Positions 31,950 to 43,257 of a DNA stretch of 61,103 nucleotides are shown piece by piece; positions within the stretch are counted from its first letter, which is position 1; every line of letters starts with the position of its first letter. Below the pieces are notes generated by a model. The model searched no databases, was not told the DNA's origin, and saw only the letters and a program-made list of their open reading frames with translations. The translations under genes and the position numbers were made by a program. This stretch comes from Ascidiella aspersa (taxonomy: Eukaryota). The stretch is from contig CAWUQB010000045.1 in NCBI GenBank assembly GCA_963924565.1, positions 1 to 61,103 on the forward strand. The letters are read 5' to 3'.

Positions 31950-33353
31950 CTATTCATCGTCAAAGTGAGCGTAGGCGTCCGGTGCCAGATTTTCAAAGCG
32001 GGTGTATTTGCCGATAAAGGCCAGGCGAACGCTGCCAATGGGGCCATTTCGATGTTTGCCAATGATGATCTCCCCGACACCTTTGTACTCCGTATCAGGG
32101 TTGTAGACTTCATCACGATAGATAAACATGATGACGTCAGCATCCTGCTCTATCGCACCCGATTCCCGGAGGTCTGAGTTGACGGGTCTTTTATTGGGGC
32201 GCTGTTCTAAAGCACGGTTAAGCTGAGAAAGCGCAACGACCGGCACATTAAACTCTTTGGCAATAGCTTTAAGGGAACGGGATATTTCCGATATCTCATT
32301 GGTTCGCCCTTCACCAAACCCGGGAATCTGCATAAGCTGTAAGTAGTCGACCATAATCAGTCCCACATCACCGTGCTCACGGACAATCCGGCGAATGCGA
32401 GAGCGCATTTCCTGAGGGCTGATACCCGCGGTGTCATCAACAAACAGCTTTCTGTCTTTGATGCGCTCAACGGCTGACAGCAGTTTCGGCCAGTCATCTT
32501 CTTCCAATTGCCCACTTCTTGTTTTTGACTGGTCGATACGGCCCAGCGATGACAGCATCCGCATCATCAATTGTTCACTGGGCATTTCGAGACTGAATAC
32601 AACCACCCCTTTTTCAGAGGCTAACAACGCATTCTCCACAAGATTCATGGCGAAGGTGGTTTTACCCATAGAGGGCCGGGCCGCCACAATGATCATGTCA
32701 GAGGATTGAAGGCCAGAGGTCATTTTATCCAGATCAGCAAAGCCTGTGGTCACACCGGTCATCGCATTACCGGTATTAAACAGTTCATCAATTTTTTTAA
32801 CTGTTTTATCGAGAATTTCCCGAATACCTACCGGCCCACCCGATTTGGGACGATCTTCAGCAATATTGAAGACCAGTCGTTCCGCTTCATCTAAAACGGT
32901 CTGGCTGTTTCGCCCTTCGGGATTATAAGCACGATCAGCAATTTTCTGGCTCGCGCTGATAAGCTGCCGTAGCATTGAGCGCTCATAGATAATTTCTGCA
33001 TACGCGCGAATATTGGCAATACTGGGTACGTTACCTACCAGCTCAGTGAGATAAACCAGTCCACCCGTATCATTCAGCTCACCTTTATTTTCGAGCCACT
33101 CGCCCAATGTCAGTGGATCAAAGGGTTTGCTATCAGAAGAAAGCTGAGAGATAGCTTCATAAATCAGGCGATGCCCCGGATGATAAAAGTCACCGGATGT
33201 TATTTTATCAACCACCTGATCCCAAGCCTGATTATCCAGCATCAAGCCACCTAGCACAGACTGTTCAGCCTCTATCGAATGCGGAGGATTCTTGATAGAA
33301 ACTGTCGCTTCATCAATTGGCAGTTCGCGTTCTCTGGATAGCGCTTCGAGCAT
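31950..33353 (-). CDS. dnaB: Replicative DNA helicase
   Basis: PPHSIEAEQSVLG, AARPSMGKT, VDYLQLM, DLRESGAIEQDAD. Confidence 0.98.
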   Translation of the reverse strand: MLEALSRERELPIDEATVSIKNPPHSIEAEQSVLGGLMLDNQAWDQVVDKITSGDFYHPGHRLIYEAISQLSSDSKPFDPLTLGEWLENKGELNDTGGLVYLTELVGNVPSIANIRAYAEIIYERSMLRQLISASQKIADRAYNPEGRNSQTVLDEAERLVFNIAEDRPKSGGPVGIREILDKTVKKIDELFNTGNAMTGVTTGFADLDKMTSGLQSSDMIIVAARPSMGKTTFAMNLVENALLASEKGVVVFSLEMPSEQLMMRMLSSLGRIDQSKTRSGQLEEDDWPKLLSAVERIKDRKLFVDDTAGISPQEMRSRIRRIVREHGDVGLIMVDYLQLMQIPGFGEGRTNEISEISRSLKAIAKEFNVPVVALSQLNRALEQRPNKRPVNSDLRESGAIEQDADVIMFIYRDEVYNPDTEYKGVGEIIIGKHRNGPIGSVRLAFIGKYTRFENLAPDAYAHFDDE

Positions 33354-33520
33354 GATAACCGTCTGGAAAACTGGGAGACATGATTAAAAGAATAACCTCT
33401 GGTGCTTAGCCTTAAAAGACTACCTGCACAAAATACAGAGCTTATTTCAAAAATTGCAGGCATTTTTTCACCGCAAAGGCACGGAGAGCACAAAGAAAAG
33501 CCTTTTTTAATAGCACAAAC

Positions 33521-33563
33521 AAATCAACCCGTGATTTTAGTAAAAAAATCACGGGTTGATTTT
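33521..33563 (-). terminator. Intrinsic terminator after rplI
   Basis: AAATCAACCCGTGATTTT..AAAATCACGGGTTGATTT hairpin. Confidence 0.7.
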
Positions 33564-33601
33564 CAGGTCAGGAAACCACCAAAGGCTCCCAGCGCCCAAG
33601 C

Positions 33602-34048
33602 TTATTCAGCTTCAACGAAGACCTTGATGTTAGCAGCAACATCAGTGTGCAGCTGAATAGCAACATCGTACTCACCAATCGCACGAATAGGGCCGTCAAC
33701 CAGACGAATTTCGCTCTTGGCAACTTTTACACCCGCTGAAGTGATCGCTTCAGCCAGGTCACGAGGACCGATAGAGCCGAACAGCTTGCCTTCGTCGCCC
33801 GCTTTTGCTGTCAGGGTCAGTTCGATTTCAGCCATTTCGCTGGCACGCTTGGTAGCACCCGTCAGTTTTTCAGCAACGGCTTTTTCAAGCTCAGCGCGAC
33901 GCGCTTCAAACGCTATCATGTTGTCCTTGTTAGCAGGAACAGCCTTACCAAAAGGAATCAGAAAATTACGACCATAACCCGCTTTTACGGATACCTTGTC
34001 GCCCAGGCTGCCAAGATTGGCAATTTTTTCAAGCAGGATAATTTCCAT
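33602..34048 (-). CDS. rplI: 50S ribosomal protein L9
   Basis: [20 protein letters not shown]. Confidence 0.98.
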   Translation of the reverse strand: MEIILLEKIANLGSLGDKVSVKAGYGRNFLIPFGKAVPANKDNMIAFEARRAELEKAVAEKLTGATKRASEMAEIELTLTAKAGDEGKLFGSIGPRDLAEAITSAGVKVAKSEIRLVDGPIRAIGEYDVAIQLHTDVAANIKVFVEAE

Positions 34049-34152
34049 TGCTTTAGCCTCTATAATCTTTAAAGCGTGAAAATAAATAATCTATTTTCAT
34101 CATTCTGGACTTGCCGCTGGACCTGTTATTCACAGCGGCTGTCATGCAACGC

Positions 34153-35025
34153 TTACCCTTGATGCGACTTCCGCTCTATGCGCTTGCGAAAGTCAAACAA
34201 ACCATCAAAGCAAGCGGTCAAGACAATCACGGGGTATGCTACTTGCGTAAAAAACACCACCATCACGTAAAACATGATCAACCAGAGACGGCCCAGTTTC
34301 CGTAGCGCTACCAATCCGTGCACCATAGAAAGTCCGGCGACGAACAGAGGTAGAGAGGCTACAGGCACCAGTATCACCATAGCAGGTAATATAACAGAGC
34401 CCGCCAAAGTCATTGCCAGCAATAGGCAGCAGACGGGAGCGGATAGCCTGATCCCATAAAATTCCTTACGGAACCCACCGGGATTATAAAGCCATGACTG
34501 CCATGACCTAGCCAATGTCAGGCCAAGTATGCAGCTAACCAAGTTAAACCAGGCCAGCACACCCATCACACCATAATGAATCAGTGGTTCCAGCGATGCA
34601 CCCAAATCAGCCGGCGTTTTACCCGCCTGTTTCAGGAAGCTCGTCAGAAACTCCATCACGATACCCGACAACTGCTCAATCTGTCCGGTTGCCAGCTGGC
34701 CGAGTACTAAAGCCAACAAGACACCCATTGGCACGACTGCCAACAGTGTTTTTTCCCAGGACACGGTAACGCGCAAAATGCAGGCCATTGACACTGTTGC
34801 CAACAACCCCATGAGTACGCTGTATTGTCCTGTAGCAGCCCATGCAATACCCGGTAGCACTGCCCATGCCAGTACCTTCAGCCCCTGATCAATGCCATAG
34901 CGGAGTATCACCAAAGATACAATCGCTGCACTGAGCCAGAACAGTACCGGAACACAAGCAAAAAGAACGGACATCACCACGGCCTGTTTCCGGCCGCGCA
35001 TCGCCAGTTCTGCCAATCCACGCAT
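34153..35025 (-). CDS. DUF2232/YybS-like membrane protein
   Basis: Multi-TM protein (MRGLAELAMRGR...DFRKR) in the rpsR-rplI position typical of Pseudomonadales/Oceanospirillales. Confidence 0.8.
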   Translation of the reverse strand: MRGLAELAMRGRKQAVVMSVLFACVPVLFWLSAAIVSLVILRYGIDQGLKVLAWAVLPGIAWAATGQYSVLMGLLATVSMACILRVTVSWEKTLLAVVPMGVLLALVLGQLATGQIEQLSGIVMEFLTSFLKQAGKTPADLGASLEPLIHYGVMGVLAWFNLVSCILGLTLARSWQSWLYNPGGFRKEFYGIRLSAPVCCLLLAMTLAGSVILPAMVILVPVASLPLFVAGLSMVHGLVALRKLGRLWLIMFYVMVVFFTQVAYPVIVLTACFDGLFDFRKRIERKSHQG

Positions 35026-35050
35026 CAGTTTATACCCTGTTGTCCAGATA

Positions 35051-35275
35051 TCAGTGACGATCGCAGTATGGCAGCAGTGCTACGTAACGAGCACGCTTGA
35101 TAGCAGTCGCCAGCTGACGCTGATAACGGGCTTTGGTACCAGTGATACGACTGGGTACGATCTTACCCGTCTCGGTTACATAAGCTTTCAGCGTGTTCAG
35201 ATCTTTGTAATCGATCTCTTTCACATCTTCAGCAGTAAAACGGCAGAACTTCCTGCGACGGAAAAAACGTGCCAT
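35051..35275 (-). CDS. rpsR: 30S ribosomal protein S18
   Basis: [29 protein letters not shown]; GGAG RBS upstream of the ATG at 35275. Confidence 0.98.
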   Translation of the reverse strand: MARFFRRRKFCRFTAEDVKEIDYKDLNTLKAYVTETGKIVPSRITGTKARYQRQLATAIKRARYVALLPYCDRH

Positions 35276-35373
35276 AACAACGTCTCCTTGAATGAGAGAA
35301 AAGGGCGTCCTTAACTTTCGAATGATTGCCATCGGCTCAGACCGGGTAGCAACCCTTCAAAAACATACAATGA

Positions 35374-35814
35374 TTATTCAGCAGCTGCTTCGTCAGAAGC
35401 TTCAACAGCAGGCGCTGTTTCTTCGCGAGTTTCAGGCGCTTCAGGCGCTTCAGGCGCTTCACGACGTGGACGATCGTCGCGACGGTCACGCTTTTCTTCA
35501 ACTTGCAGCATGATGGATGGCTCAGTAACAGCCTCATCACGGCGAATAACCATGCTACGGATAACCGCATCGTTGTAACGGAAGTTTTCCGTCAGCTCTT
35601 TCAGAGCATCGTTGCCGCACTCAATATTCATCAGAATATAGTGTGCCTTGTGAATCTTGTTGATAGGGTAAGCCAGCTGGCGGCGGCCCCAGTCTTCAAG
35701 GCGATGAACCAGACCATTGCTCTCGGTGATAGCGCGGTTATAACGCTCCACCATCGCAGGCACCTGCTCGCTCTGGTCAGGATGCACCAGAAATACAATC
35801 TCGTAATGACGCAT
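35374..35814 (-). CDS. rpsF: 30S ribosomal protein S6
   Basis: [30 protein letters not shown]; AAGGAG RBS. Confidence 0.98.
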   Translation of the reverse strand: MRHYEIVFLVHPDQSEQVPAMVERYNRAITESNGLVHRLEDWGRRQLAYPINKIHKAHYILMNIECGNDALKELTENFRYNDAVIRSMVIRRDEAVTEPSIMLQVEEKRDRRDDRPRREAPEAPEAPETREETAPAVEASDEAAAE

Positions 35815-35819
35815 CATTA

Positions 35820-35868
35820 GCTCCTTACGGGTTACATAGCCTTCCGGACACGCCGGTAAGGCAAGGAG
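35820..35868 (-). promoter_or_regulatory. S6:S18-binding autoregulatory leader of the rpsF operon
   Basis: CCTTGCCTT..hairpin..AAGGCT..ACCCGTAAGGAG: anti-SD stem with CCG just before the SD, as in the known gammaproteobacterial motif. Confidence 0.7.
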
Positions 35869-36213
35869 ATGCAGGACAGAATCCATAGAACCAAAGCACT
35901 ATAAAACTGCTCAGCATATAAAGAACAGGGAATTCTAGTGAACTGTGAGGGTGGTTGCAACCCGTTAGGGGTGCTGCATGTATAAGGATGAAGACTGCTG
36001 TAAAACGAACACTGCAAGTCGGAGGGGGACTGCAACCCCCTATCTAGCAACACATAGTCAAAGAAAGGGGGTTAAAAAACAAGCTGATAATCGCTAATCC
36101 CTATTTGCTGATTGCGTACTTTTAGCTACTTTCAGAGTCAGCTTTACAGATTAAAGCTTTCACCCAAAGTGCTGGATGCAAAATATTAAATCACTCATGT
36201 CCCGAGGTTACGT

Positions 36214-37764
36214 ATGTTAAAACAAATGCTGGTAACACTGATTATTTTTTTATCTTCACCGCTCCTCGCAATGTTCGAACAAGAGCAAGACTCCCAACCC
36301 ACTGATGACATGGCTTTAAACGTACAGCAAATAGCATTAAGTCTAAGGAAAAATGTAGGTGTTTTTCATACAATTCAATTATCCTCGGACACCATTAAAG
36401 CGATATTTCCCATTATTGTTTTAAATTACAAGAATCAGGATATAAAAAAACACCCAGAAAGAGACTCAACAGTAACTCAACAAGCACTACAAAAAACTAA
36501 GCATGCTAATTTAATGCTAAAGGCATTAATTAATGTTCAAAAAACCGGGAGTATCAGCTTATACGGTTTAGCTCAAGCAACATTCCCAAACGATGATATT
36601 AAAATAGCCTTAGTGTCAGTGACTGCACTACTGATGGACTACAGCACGGTTCTTTCTTATTTTTACCAGGTTGGAACGCCTCCAAGCCAGGCACCAAAGG
36701 ATCAATCAAACTATCGCGCTATGCATCTGCAAGCCCCAGATCAGCGACGTCCAGTCGACAGACTATCTCATGCAGCATTTGATGACATTAGCAAAATGAT
36801 TCGATCAATCAATAGTCACTTTGGCCATGATTTAATAAAGAAAATACAAACACTCAGTGATTCTAGCTATAACCCAGATAACCATGATATAGGAAAACAT
36901 GATGATGAAATCACTCTCACATTTTTTAGACCAAAAATGCAAGAGATCAAAGCCTATTTACCGATAAATCCTTGGACTATAAAAGAAAACCTCATTGACA
37001 TTAGAATGTGTGAGATAGCTCTCACTGCACTGCCAGCTAATAGCTTCAAGAGTCAGGATATTTTGAGCACCATCGCACAAGAGTTCCAACTTATGATTCA
37101 TGAGCGCGAATGGGACAAATCACCCCAGCATGATTTTAACACTATGGTAGAGGCAAAAGTAAGAACGTACGGTTGTACCCAGCTAACAGGGGCACACCTG
37201 CACAGTGCGGGCGCTGAATTTTTAAAAGTAGCCGGTATTGATGAGAGCAAGACAGCGTGGTTAGCAGGGTTTCTTTTAGTTGCATCTATAAACCGAGTGA
37301 TGATGGGTACACAACTATCTCAACAAAAAGAAGATCTTTTCGCTCTGTTAGAGAGTCTATTTGCTTCCTTTGAGGGTGATTATTTAAAGGTGTATCAAAT
37401 AACAAGCGTCATCCCTCAGGCATTCAGTACGGCTTGCCGAGACGAAGAAAACCTTAACAAAGTGATCAACACCCTCTCTCGTGAATTACATCCGAGTCAG
37501 CATCGGCAATTCAGCAGACATCTGCCAAATATGGAGCAGAAAGCAGAAAACATATTGTGTAATCATAGAAACGACTGCGAGACAGCTATCCATCAAATAC
37601 TAAAAGCGTTCACACAGGGAAAAAAACCCACGGAATGCATCCGGGAGTTCATGCGTGTATGTGAAGCTATAAACCATTTCCAACTTTACGATCGAATTAA
37701 GGAGATATGCAACACAAACGAAGGACATCTAAATAGGGACTTCAGTTATATGTCCCTTCACTAA
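36214..37764 (+). CDS. Hypothetical protein with a Sec-like signal peptide
   Basis: 516-aa ORF; MLKQMLVTLIIFLSSPLLA; GAGG RBS; no family recognised. Confidence 0.75.
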   Translation: MLKQMLVTLIIFLSSPLLAMFEQEQDSQPTDDMALNVQQIALSLRKNVGVFHTIQLSSDTIKAIFPIIVLNYKNQDIKKHPERDSTVTQQALQKTKHANLMLKALINVQKTGSISLYGLAQATFPNDDIKIALVSVTALLMDYSTVLSYFYQVGTPPSQAPKDQSNYRAMHLQAPDQRRPVDRLSHAAFDDISKMIRSINSHFGHDLIKKIQTLSDSSYNPDNHDIGKHDDEITLTFFRPKMQEIKAYLPINPWTIKENLIDIRMCEIALTALPANSFKSQDILSTIAQEFQLMIHEREWDKSPQHDFNTMVEAKVRTYGCTQLTGAHLHSAGAEFLKVAGIDESKTAWLAGFLLVASINRVMMGTQLSQQKEDLFALLESLFASFEGDYLKVYQITSVIPQAFSTACRDEENLNKVINTLSRELHPSQHRQFSRHLPNMEQKAENILCNHRNDCETAIHQILKAFTQGKKPTECIREFMRVCEAINHFQLYDRIKEICNTNEGHLNRDFSYMSLH

Positions 37765-37855
37765 ACAATTAAAATTGTTGTTAAAAACCTCTCTGTTAAA
37801 CACTCAGCAGAGAGGTCTGCTCGTTAGGTGATGCACTTATACCAATGATACCTTC

Positions 37856-38018
37856 TGAGCAGCTGATCATATGGAATCGAATAGTCTGACTTCTTGCTCA
37901 GGTGCTATGCAAGGCGCAGCGTAGGGCGCATAGCCGTAGTTATGTTACCGGAGCTGTAACGAAGTAGAGTGCCTGAGCAAGGCGTCAGACTATTCGATTT
38001 CATGTGGTTAGCTACTTA
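37856..38018. repeat. About 160-bp palindromic dispersed repeat
   Basis: Copy of the 31541-31703 family. Confidence 0.85.
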
Positions 38019-38027
38019 ACTACGGTA

Positions 38028-38768
38028 TTAGATGATGCGCTGACGTACGGCCTCAAATAAGCACACGCCTGTCGCAACAGATACATTCAGGCTGCTTACA
38101 GCACCCGCCATCGGAATATGAATGAGCCCATCACAATGTTCGCGAGTCAAACGGCGCATGCCTTTTCCTTCCGCGCCCATAATCAAGGCAAGAGCGCCTT
38201 GTAAGTCAGCCTGATAGAGACTGCCGGAACTTTCTCCTGCTGTACCCATCAGCCAAATGCCTCTTTCTTTAAGCCATGACAGTGTGCGAGCCAGGTTCGT
38301 GACCTGAACCAATGGTACGGTCTCTGCTGCGCCACAGGCCACTTTGCTAGCAGTAGCATTCAAAGCGGCTGATTTATCTTTGGGCGTAATCACCGCATGC
38401 ACACCGGCTGCATCGGCGGTACGTAGACAAGCACCCAAATTATGAGGGTCCGTCACACCATCAAGCACTAACAGGAAGGGCGCGACATCCAAACCATTCA
38501 GCAAGTCTTCCAGGTCACCTTCCCGGAATACTTTGGCCGCTGCCACTTTTGCCACGATACCCTGATGAACACCCTCCACTTTGGCATCCAGATGGCTTCT
38601 TTCAACAAAACGCACAGCAACACCATGGCTACGGGCACTATCCACCAGCGGGCTGATGCGTTTATCGGTTCGCCCTTTCTGAATCCAAAGTTCAAGCACT
38701 CGCTCAGGCTTCAGATCAAAGAGGCTTTGTACGGCATGCAGGCCAAAAATAAAATCGTTATTCATCAT
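38028..38768 (-). CDS. rlmB: 23S rRNA (G2251) 2'-O-methyltransferase
   Basis: [39 protein letters not shown]. Confidence 0.96.
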   Translation of the reverse strand: MMNNDFIFGLHAVQSLFDLKPERVLELWIQKGRTDKRISPLVDSARSHGVAVRFVERSHLDAKVEGVHQGIVAKVAAAKVFREGDLEDLLNGLDVAPFLLVLDGVTDPHNLGACLRTADAAGVHAVITPKDKSAALNATASKVACGAAETVPLVQVTNLARTLSWLKERGIWLMGTAGESSGSLYQADLQGALALIMGAEGKGMRRLTREHCDGLIHIPMAGAVSSLNVSVATGVCLFEAVRQRII

Positions 38769-38835
38769 ACATCGGGATATTCAGTTGAAGGCTCTGCTTA
38801 GCGCAGATGACGGCAGTCAAAATAAAGCGACGATA

Positions 38836-39963
38836 TTAACAGGATGAACCGCTAAAGCGTACTGGTGATAATGCTGCAATTAAATCCGATGAAAAATCCG
38901 GATCAGGTGTTTCAGTCCTAAGCAAGCTGGCAGCCAAGCTGGATAACGCAGGCGCTGTCTGGATACCATATCCGCCCTGTCCAGCAAGCCAGAAAAAATG
39001 GTCATTGTCAGGCGCAAAGCCAACAACCGGTGACTCATCCGGCGCGAAGCAGCGCAAGCCTGCCCAGCTATGCTCTACACGGGTGACAGAGAAATTTACT
39101 GCCTGCTCAAAGCGGTATAATCCTTCAGCCATTACCCTATCATCAACATAAACATCATGAGCCTCGACCGGATCTTCGTCTGCGGGAGAGACCAGCATCT
39201 TTCCCATTTCTGGTTTGCAGTACCACAGACCACGGGTATCACCAAATAAAGGCCATTGGCTCACATCATACCGAGAGGGTTCTGGAATGACAGCAAGCGT
39301 ACGTCTTCTGGGGGTTATGATCATCGGAGAAACGCTTGCCATACCAGCTACCTGATCAGCCCAGGCACCCGCCGCATTAACAATAATTTCTGCCTCAACA
39401 ACACCTGCATCAGTGCTCAAGTGCCAGCATTCATTCTTTTGCTGAATACTTAAAACAGAAGCATTCACCCTAATGTCAGCACCTTCCTTTTTTGCCTTTT
39501 TCAGCCACCCCTGATGCAGCGCAGCAACATCCAAATCACCCGCACCAGGCTCATACGCCACACGACCAAACACATCAGGTTTTAAGGCTGGAACCAAGGT
39601 CAGTGCTTCTTTTTGAGTCACTTCATGTAACCCTTCTGCATTATCCAGCAGCGCTGTCAGGTCACTTGCTTCCAGACCACTTTCCAAAAAAAGACGGCCT
39701 CTTTCACGCAAAAGTGGGTGCTCACATAGAAAAGAGGGCGGATTTTCAAAATAAGGGCGACTGAGTTGAGTCAACCGCCTTATGGCAGTATTACCATAAT
39801 TTTGAATCAATACCGCAGCAGAACGACCCGTTGAGTGATAGCCTGGGTGATCTTCACCCTCCAGTACAATGACTCTTTTGTGCGATGCCACCATTGCCGC
39901 CACACCCGCCCCGGCAATACCCGCACCGATGATGATAATGTCTGCTTTATCGACCGTAGCCAT
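38836..39963 (-). CDS. FAD-dependent oxidoreductase (DAO/D-arginine dehydrogenase-like)
   Basis: IIGAGIAG, GYHSTGRSAA, NAAGAWAD, WAGLR, GQGGYGIQTAPA. Confidence 0.85.
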   Translation of the reverse strand: MATVDKADIIIIGAGIAGAGVAAMVASHKRVIVLEGEDHPGYHSTGRSAAVLIQNYGNTAIRRLTQLSRPYFENPPSFLCEHPLLRERGRLFLESGLEASDLTALLDNAEGLHEVTQKEALTLVPALKPDVFGRVAYEPGAGDLDVAALHQGWLKKAKKEGADIRVNASVLSIQQKNECWHLSTDAGVVEAEIIVNAAGAWADQVAGMASVSPMIITPRRRTLAVIPEPSRYDVSQWPLFGDTRGLWYCKPEMGKMLVSPADEDPVEAHDVYVDDRVMAEGLYRFEQAVNFSVTRVEHSWAGLRCFAPDESPVVGFAPDNDHFFWLAGQGGYGIQTAPALSSLAASLLRTETPDPDFSSDLIAALSPVRFSGSSC

Positions 39964-39994
39964 TGCACTGAGCCTCTTAATTAATCGCCCTTAT

Positions 39995-42628
39995 CTACTT
40001 ATCGGCTTTAGTTTTTATATTCCTCTTGCCTGGCTTTCCTCCTGAACCCGCCGGACTTTTCTTCTTAGCGCCAACAGGTGAGCCTGTACCTTTATCGGCT
40101 TTTTTCTTTCCTGAGCGCTTTTTCTTAACCCCCATCTTTTTCTTTTCTGCGGAGGTAGGCTTTTTCTTTTCTGAGGAGGTAGGCTTTTTCTTTTCTGAGG
40201 AGGTAGGCTTTTTCTTTTTCTTTTTGCTTCGCTTGGCGACTTTTTTCTTTTCCCCTTGCTGTTCATCGGCTTGCTGGGCCGCCTTTGCTTCTCTTAGCAG
40301 TCGGGCTTTTGCTGCCACAGATTTGGAGCGACTGGCTATCTCTCCCGGCACGCTTTGCCTGTTCTTTCGTCCTGATTTTTTCCTTTCAGGTCTGACACCA
40401 CCTAAAGCCGATGATAATTCAAAATCAATTTTTTTATCATCCAGGTTAACGCGAGCAACCGTTACCTCAAGCTCATCACCTAAACGGAATGACTTGCCCG
40501 TTCTCTCGCCTGTGAGACGGTGATGAATGCCGTCAAACTGATAGTAGTCTCCGGGCAGGCTACTGATATGAACCAGTCCTTCCACATAAATTTCTTTCAG
40601 CTCGACAAACAAACCAAAACCTGTAACAGAGGAGACCACGCCTTTAAATGTTTGTCCGATATGCTGCTGCATGTATTCACATTTCAGCCAGTCCATTGCA
40701 TCGCGGGTGGCCTCATCAGCCCGGCGCTCATATTTTGAGCACTGCTCCCCCAGCGCTTCAATGGCATTGGCATCATAGGGGTAAATCGCTTTTTTATTTA
40801 AGGCGTCTGCACCAACTCTTCTCACCTGACGACTTTCGACGTCTGATCGGACAATGTGTCGAATGGCTCGATGCACTAACAGGTCAGGGTAACGGCGAAT
40901 AGGTGAGGTGAAATGCGCATAGGCATTAAATGCCAGACCAAAGTGCCCCTGATTATTCCCTGAATAAACCGCCTGACTCATCGAGCGCAGTACAACGGTT
41001 TGAATCACATGAAGATCAGGTCGACCCTGAATAGACGCCAGTAATGACTGGATATCTTTTGGTTTAATCTTACCGGAAGGGACAGACAAGCTAAGACTAC
41101 CCAAAAAATTATTAAGATTAAGCCGCTTCTCCATGGAAGGGCCTTCATGAACACGGAACAGCCCCGGCACATTATGTTTTTCCAGAAAACGGGCGGCTGA
41201 GACATTCGCACAGAGCATGCATTCTTCAATCAGCTTATGGGCATCATTTCTTTCTGTCGGAACAATGCGGTCAATCTTCCTCTGATCACCAAATACGATG
41301 CGGGTTTCAACCCTATCAAAGTCAATGGCACCCCGATCATCCCGTACGTCTCGTAATGCTTTATACAGTGTGTAGAGATCCTCAACATGAGGCAATACCG
41401 CTTGTCTCTGTTGACGAAGTGCTTCGCCTTCTACACTCAGAGGGGCCGACAACATCGCCCACACTTGGTTATACGTCAATCGGGCATGAGATTTGATCAG
41501 CCCTTCAAAAAACGTATAGCCTGACAATTTACCCTGAGCACTGATGGTCATTTCACACACCATTGCCAAGCGATCAACGTCAGGATTCAGAGAGCACAGG
41601 CCATTCGATAAAACTTCAGGCAACATGGGTATAACATGCCCGGGGAAATAAACTGAAGTGCCTCGCTCCTTAGCTTCTGTATCCAGAGCTGATTCCACCT
41701 GTACGTAGTGAGATACATCGGCAATCGCCACAAACAGCCGCCAACCGCCCCCTTTTTTGGGCTCACAATAGACGGCATCATCAAAGTCACGGGCATCTTC
41801 ACCATCAATAGTAACAAAAGGCGTTTCTCGTAAATCAACCCTATGCTTTTTATCTCTTGCCAGAACCTCATGGCTGAATTTAGCGGCTTGTTTTTCTACA
41901 GCTTCAGGCCAGGTATGGGGGATATTATGAGTGCGCAGGGCAACTTCCACTTCCATGCCCGCATCCGCACGATCACCCAGAATTTCTTTAATAAGACCCA
42001 CGGGAAGCGCGCGACGTCCCGGCTGCTCGATAATTTCCAGTAATACGTACTGCCCTGAGGTGGGCATCAACGGACCCGATTTTACGATAACTTCACGGTT
42101 TATTCGTTTATTTTCCGGTTCAATGTAGGCTGCTCCAGATTCTTCAAAATAGCGGCCAACCAACTGATGGGTATTGCGTTCAATGACCTCAACGACCTGA
42201 CCTTCTTTTCTACCACGCCGATCAACGCCAGACTCTCGGACTAACGCCCGATCGCCATCGAATAGTTGTCGCATTTCGCGGGCAGAAAGGTATAAGTCAC
42301 CCCCTCCTTCATCCGGAATCAGAAAACCATAACCTTCTTTATTTCCCTGCACCCGACCTTTAATTAAATCCAACTTACTGATCAGTGCAAAAGCGCTTCG
42401 GCGATTTTGCAGCAACTGGCCATCACGCACCATCGCCTTGAGCCTGAACATCAGCGCTTCTTGCTGCTCAGCCTCTTTGACACCTAATGCTTTGCAAATA
42501 CCTCTATGGTTTGTTGGCGCTCCCCGCTCCTCAAGGAACTGCATAATAAACTGGCGACTGGGAATAGGTGTCTCGTAGCGAGATGCTTCCTGTGCCGCTT
42601 GTGGATCGGAATCTTTCCATTCAGACAT
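39995..42628 (-). CDS. rnr: Ribonuclease R
   Basis: TIDGEDARDFDDA, HFTSPIRRYPDL, S1 domain and Lys-rich tail. Confidence 0.97.
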   Translation of the reverse strand: MSEWKDSDPQAAQEASRYETPIPSRQFIMQFLEERGAPTNHRGICKALGVKEAEQQEALMFRLKAMVRDGQLLQNRRSAFALISKLDLIKGRVQGNKEGYGFLIPDEGGGDLYLSAREMRQLFDGDRALVRESGVDRRGRKEGQVVEVIERNTHQLVGRYFEESGAAYIEPENKRINREVIVKSGPLMPTSGQYVLLEIIEQPGRRALPVGLIKEILGDRADAGMEVEVALRTHNIPHTWPEAVEKQAAKFSHEVLARDKKHRVDLRETPFVTIDGEDARDFDDAVYCEPKKGGGWRLFVAIADVSHYVQVESALDTEAKERGTSVYFPGHVIPMLPEVLSNGLCSLNPDVDRLAMVCEMTISAQGKLSGYTFFEGLIKSHARLTYNQVWAMLSAPLSVEGEALRQQRQAVLPHVEDLYTLYKALRDVRDDRGAIDFDRVETRIVFGDQRKIDRIVPTERNDAHKLIEECMLCANVSAARFLEKHNVPGLFRVHEGPSMEKRLNLNNFLGSLSLSVPSGKIKPKDIQSLLASIQGRPDLHVIQTVVLRSMSQAVYSGNNQGHFGLAFNAYAHFTSPIRRYPDLLVHRAIRHIVRSDVESRQVRRVGADALNKKAIYPYDANAIEALGEQCSKYERRADEATRDAMDWLKCEYMQQHIGQTFKGVVSSVTGFGLFVELKEIYVEGLVHISSLPGDYYQFDGIHHRLTGERTGKSFRLGDELEVTVARVNLDDKKIDFELSSALGGVRPERKKSGRKNRQSVPGEIASRSKSVAAKARLLREAKAAQQADEQQGEKKKVAKRSKKKKKKPTSSEKKKPTSSEKKKPTSAEKKKMGVKKKRSGKKKADKGTGSPVGAKKKSPAGSGGKPGKRNIKTKADK
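40143..40215. repeat. 24-bp coding tandem repeat x3 (KKKPTSSE) in the RNase R tail
   Basis: TTTTCTG(C/A)GGAGGTAGGCTTTTTC x3. Confidence 0.9.
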
Positions 42629-43257
42629 GGGGATTTCTGCACCTGATGATAAAAGTGAATAGCAAACCAGTCATGAGCTCAGTGGTTATTAACTGATCAA
42701 ATCGTTGCAAAAAAAAACAGTATGCGCTTTATTTTCTATTGAAAGTCAAAAAAGCAAGGATCACAACATAAATGTGAAGGCTGAAGGATCAATCGTGAAC
42801 GAATAAGCAAACCTTATAATCAAAGGTAGAAGCAGCACAAAATCAACACAAGCACTATCATACAAATTGCACCTTCTAACTACGGTATTACAGATAGCTT
42901 GCTGAAAAGGTCATCGCATTTGCGACAGATCTGGCAACGGTATCAAGAGACTCTGCTACTTCAGCCAGTAGGGTACTTGGCACCGGCAATTTCGCTACTC
43001 ATCAGAACGATCAGGACAGACCCGAGCGGTCTCTACATTATAGAGTGCAAAAATTATATTACTGATCAATTAACAATACTGTGGACGTTTTTTGATAATT
43101 CATCTCAGGTGAGAGAAGGGGTGTAGCTGATGACTGCTATTTATTGGTAAGTCTGTGGCAATTCAGACCTTTCAACAAATCATTTTTAAGGCTACAACCC
43201 TTGCCGCGACTGGGTTAAAACTGTCCATAGTATTGACAATAAAAAAAGGAGATATAG

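Noticed and set aside
35275-35374. Absence of priB between rpsF and rpsR, and of lpdA after aceF
   Set aside because: Normal for the Pseudomonadales/Oceanospirillales gene order.
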